From the NCBI GenBank assembly GCA_964534365.1, contig CAZHOI010000001.1:254171-305541 (forward strand): a stretch of DNA of 51,371 bases, read 5' to 3'. The DNA is from an uncultured Candidatus Saccharibacteria bacterium (lineage in GTDB: Bacteria > Patescibacteriota > Minisyncoccia > Phycocordibacterales > SW-6-46-9). The position numbers were made by a program, and so were the translations under genes. Shown one piece after another: positions 48,947 through 51,371 of the stretch. A model generated the notes under the pieces. That model saw only the letters and a list, made by a program, of their open reading frames with translations. It was not told where the DNA came from and did not search any database. The first letter of the stretch is position 1. Every line of letters starts with the position of its first letter.

Positions 48947-48992
48947 ACCCGCGACAGAACTCACGTCTGTGGATTATGTTCGTGGGTTTTGT
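48947..48992 (+). terminator. Conserved 46-nt 3' hairpin, copy 2
   Basis: ACCCGCGACAGAACTCACGTCTGTGGATTATGTTCGTGGGTTTTGT. Confidence 0.8.
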
Positions 48993-49040
48993 TGTTTTCG
49001 ATGTAAGTTATAATAAAAATATAAACGTTAAGAAAATTTT

Positions 49041-49694
49041 ATGCCATTAGGAAACTATAGTTTTGGAAAAGGAGGTGCCGAGAAAAATCCGATTAGCCAT
49101 CCCCATACTGAAGAGTCTAAACCTGAAGGTCAGGAAGGAGTTCATAGAGGCTACGTTAATAGTGATACAGGAGAAGATGAATTCATCCAGGATATTGAGA
49201 GACCGCCTTCTCAGGATGACTTTGAGCGTTCTAATGAGCGAGCGTCGGAATGGTGGTTGGAAAAAATAACGGTTTTACAAGAAAGGTTGACTAAAATGAG
49301 AGAAGCGCGCGCTGAAGCTGAGGAGCTTGAAGATCAATTACTGTCCCAAATTGATGACGTATTAAAAGATGCACGCAAATTTGATTCTAGAAAAACTACC
49401 TACCCTGGTCATAAAATAGTTTATAAAGATGAAAAGGGCAAAACTAACAAAGTTGAATACGAAATAAATGCTAGAATCCCAACCATTAGAGGCCACGAAT
49501 CGGATAATCGCACTCCTGGGGAGAAAAATCGTGACAGAGGTAGAAAAGAAAAAACCAATTGGCGTGAAAATCAAAAATTCGCTGAAAGCCATACCTCGAT
49601 AAGTTCGAACGGAGTGGAGGTTAGTTCATTGGAAAGCTTAATCGATGAAGACAATGGCGATTACATTCCTCTAAGCAATTTTAGAAAAAATTAA
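49041..49694 (+). CDS. Charged hypothetical protein with coiled coil
   Basis: 217-aa hydrophilic ORF. Confidence 0.7.
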   Translation: MPLGNYSFGKGGAEKNPISHPHTEESKPEGQEGVHRGYVNSDTGEDEFIQDIERPPSQDDFERSNERASEWWLEKITVLQERLTKMREARAEAEELEDQLLSQIDDVLKDARKFDSRKTTYPGHKIVYKDEKGKTNKVEYEINARIPTIRGHESDNRTPGEKNRDRGRKEKTNWRENQKFAESHTSISSNGVEVSSLESLIDEDNGDYIPLSNFRKN

Positions 49695-49747
49695 AAACCA
49701 ACTTGGTGTCGGTTATTTGTCATAATCATTAGTTAAAAGTTACCCCT

Positions 49748-50161
49748 CTAATCGCCTTTTGGTTTTTTAGTTCCGTATCGTGATCGCGCATTTTGCCGAC
49801 CCTCTACCCCGGTGGCGTCCAGTTTTCCTCGTACCACAGTATAGCGAACCCCAATATCTTTTACACGACCGCCTCTGATCAGCACTACCGAGTGTTCCTG
49901 AATCTTGTGACCCTCCCCAGGAATGTAGGCAGTTACCTCGGCCCCGTTAGTTAAACGAACCCTAGCAATTTTACGTACTGCCGAGTTAGGTTTTTTAGGA
50001 GTTTTAGTAGTCACTTTGGTACAAACCCCGCGTTTAAAAGGAGAAGGATAAAAGGTTGGTCGGTTTTCCAAGGTATTATAACCGCGGTTTAATGCCACCG
50101 TTTTGGATTTACGGGTTTTTGATTTGCGACCTTTGCGAACTAGCTGATTTATTGTGGCCAT
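49748..50161 (-). CDS. rpsL: 30S ribosomal protein S12
   Basis: [44 protein letters not shown]. Confidence 0.98.
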   Translation of the reverse strand: MATINQLVRKGRKSKTRKSKTVALNRGYNTLENRPTFYPSPFKRGVCTKVTTKTPKKPNSAVRKIARVRLTNGAEVTAYIPGEGHKIQEHSVVLIRGGRVKDIGVRYTVVRGKLDATGVEGRQNARSRYGTKKPKGD

Positions 50162-50179
50162 ATGTAGGCACTCAAGATA

Positions 50180-50590
50180 CTACGAAAGTCGCTGATTATC
50201 AAGAGCTTCGTCTAGTCGCCTTGCGTATCGCTGATATTGCGTTTCCAAGGCTTGGCTAATACCGTCAAGATTTAAATCACGGTTAATTAGTCTTGATTCT
50301 GCCTTGCGGTAATGATCAAAAAACGCTGACTGTGTCATGTTAGTAATTTTACCTTGATCATTTGCAATTGGGCTACCACTATCTACATAGCGCAACTTAA
50401 AAGCGCTCACCATTTGAAGTCCGTTGCCAATATGTCTACCGAACTTGTCCAAGAAACCTCTAGTTTCAATATTGTTCAAATAATCTTGATCAAAAGCTGC
50501 TAGTTGACCACTAGCAGCAAAGTTTTCATATGAAGCTAAACTGGTTTTATACGGTTGTGGTCCATGTTCTGGTCCATGTTCAGGAGTCAT
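50180..50590 (-). CDS. Hypothetical protein
   Basis: 136 aa; start overlaps the S2P stop; N-terminal PEHG duplication. Confidence 0.65.
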   Translation of the reverse strand: MTPEHGPEHGPQPYKTSLASYENFAASGQLAAFDQDYLNNIETRGFLDKFGRHIGNGLQMVSAFKLRYVDSGSPIANDQGKITNMTQSAFFDHYRKAESRLINRDLNLDGISQALETQYQRYARRLDEALDNQRLS

Positions 50591-51183
50591 TACCCAATTA
50601 TCAACTGACCTAAACCATAAATCAATGGTGCTATTAATTGGAAGCCAAAAAAGATAAATGCCAGTAATACAATTGGACCAAACTGCTCGAGCTGTTGTCG
50701 TAATTTTTGGTATTGACTAGGCAACAGTTCAAATAAAATTTTCGATCCGTCTAGTGGCGGAATTGGCACAAGATTAAATATTGCCAAAGCACAGTTTATT
50801 AATACTCCATAAATGAATAACTCATTTAGCTCGGTAAATAAATTTACCCTGATCAAGACACCAAACATAATTGCTAGAATTATATTCGCGATAGGTCCAG
50901 CAATAGCTACTTTCAGTTCCGCAAATTTACCTTGCAGATTGTAAGGATTATATGGCACTGGCTTTGCCCAGCCAAATAAAATAGAGCTGCCACTGGCGAT
51001 CAAAATTCCGGGAATTAATAGTGATCCGATAGGATCAATGTGCGGCAACGGATTAAGGGTCAAACGGCCTTGTAATTTAGCAGTGGGGTCCCCTAGTTTA
51101 TCAGCTACCCATCCGTGCGCGACTTCATGAATTACAATTGAAAATATTAAAATTGCGATCGAGAGAAATAAAAATGAAGTCAT
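50590..51183 (-). CDS. Site-2 protease (M50) family protein
   Basis: HEVAH, GDPTA..GRLTLNP, FGWAKPVP, AGP, FNLVPIPPLDG. Confidence 0.95.
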   Translation of the reverse strand: MTSFLFLSIAILIFSIVIHEVAHGWVADKLGDPTAKLQGRLTLNPLPHIDPIGSLLIPGILIASGSSILFGWAKPVPYNPYNLQGKFAELKVAIAGPIANIILAIMFGVLIRVNLFTELNELFIYGVLINCALAIFNLVPIPPLDGSKILFELLPSQYQKLRQQLEQFGPIVLLAFIFFGFQLIAPLIYGLGQLIIG

Positions 51184-51202
51184 TGCCTTCCAGCATAAAT
51201 GG

Positions 51203-51371
51203 ACAAATCACAAATCACAAATCACAAATCACAAATCACAAATCACAAATCACAAATCACAAATCACAAATCACAAATCACAAATCACAAATCACAAATC
51301 ACAAATCACAAATCACAAATCACAAATCACAAATCACAAATCACAAATCACAAATCACAAATCACAAATCA
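51203..51371. repeat. Perfect heptamer tandem repeat (ACAAATC)n, about 24 copies, running off the window end
   Basis: Read directly from the sequence. Confidence 0.97.

Overview
Bacterial chromosome segment that looks like Patescibacteria/CPR, probably Parcubacteria. This placement is inferred from the broken-up secE-nusG-rplK and rpsL-rpsG-fusA operons, a 23S-5S locus with no linked 16S, many rRNA insertions and a type IV pilin. Recognisable genes: ileS (partial, with an inserted histidine-phosphatase domain), argS, a thymidylate cluster (glyA, thyA, dcd, folA, plus CYTH and HD hydrolases), rplK, nusG, secE, secDF, folD, rodA, a RHH/RelE-type toxin-antitoxin pair, 23S and 5S rRNA, fusA, rpsG, rpsL and a site-2 protease, all interleaved with orphan ORFs. 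The most unusual signals are non-coding. (1) A bulged RNA hairpin, GCUAAUAGA...UCUAUGCC, occurs 9 times, always in the sense orientation, in the leaders of rplK, nusG, fusA, rpsG and one small gene, and four times in the pre-rRNA. (2) A class of orphan gene units has a trailer just past the stop codon that is complementary to its own start region, in several cases through mutually exclusive hairpins that include the terminator. (3) Five mutually related insertions sit in the 23S rRNA. (4) Most other genes have a -10 box exactly 6-7 nt before the ATG, which suggests leaderless mRNAs. All analysis was by eye; no searches or folding programs were run.
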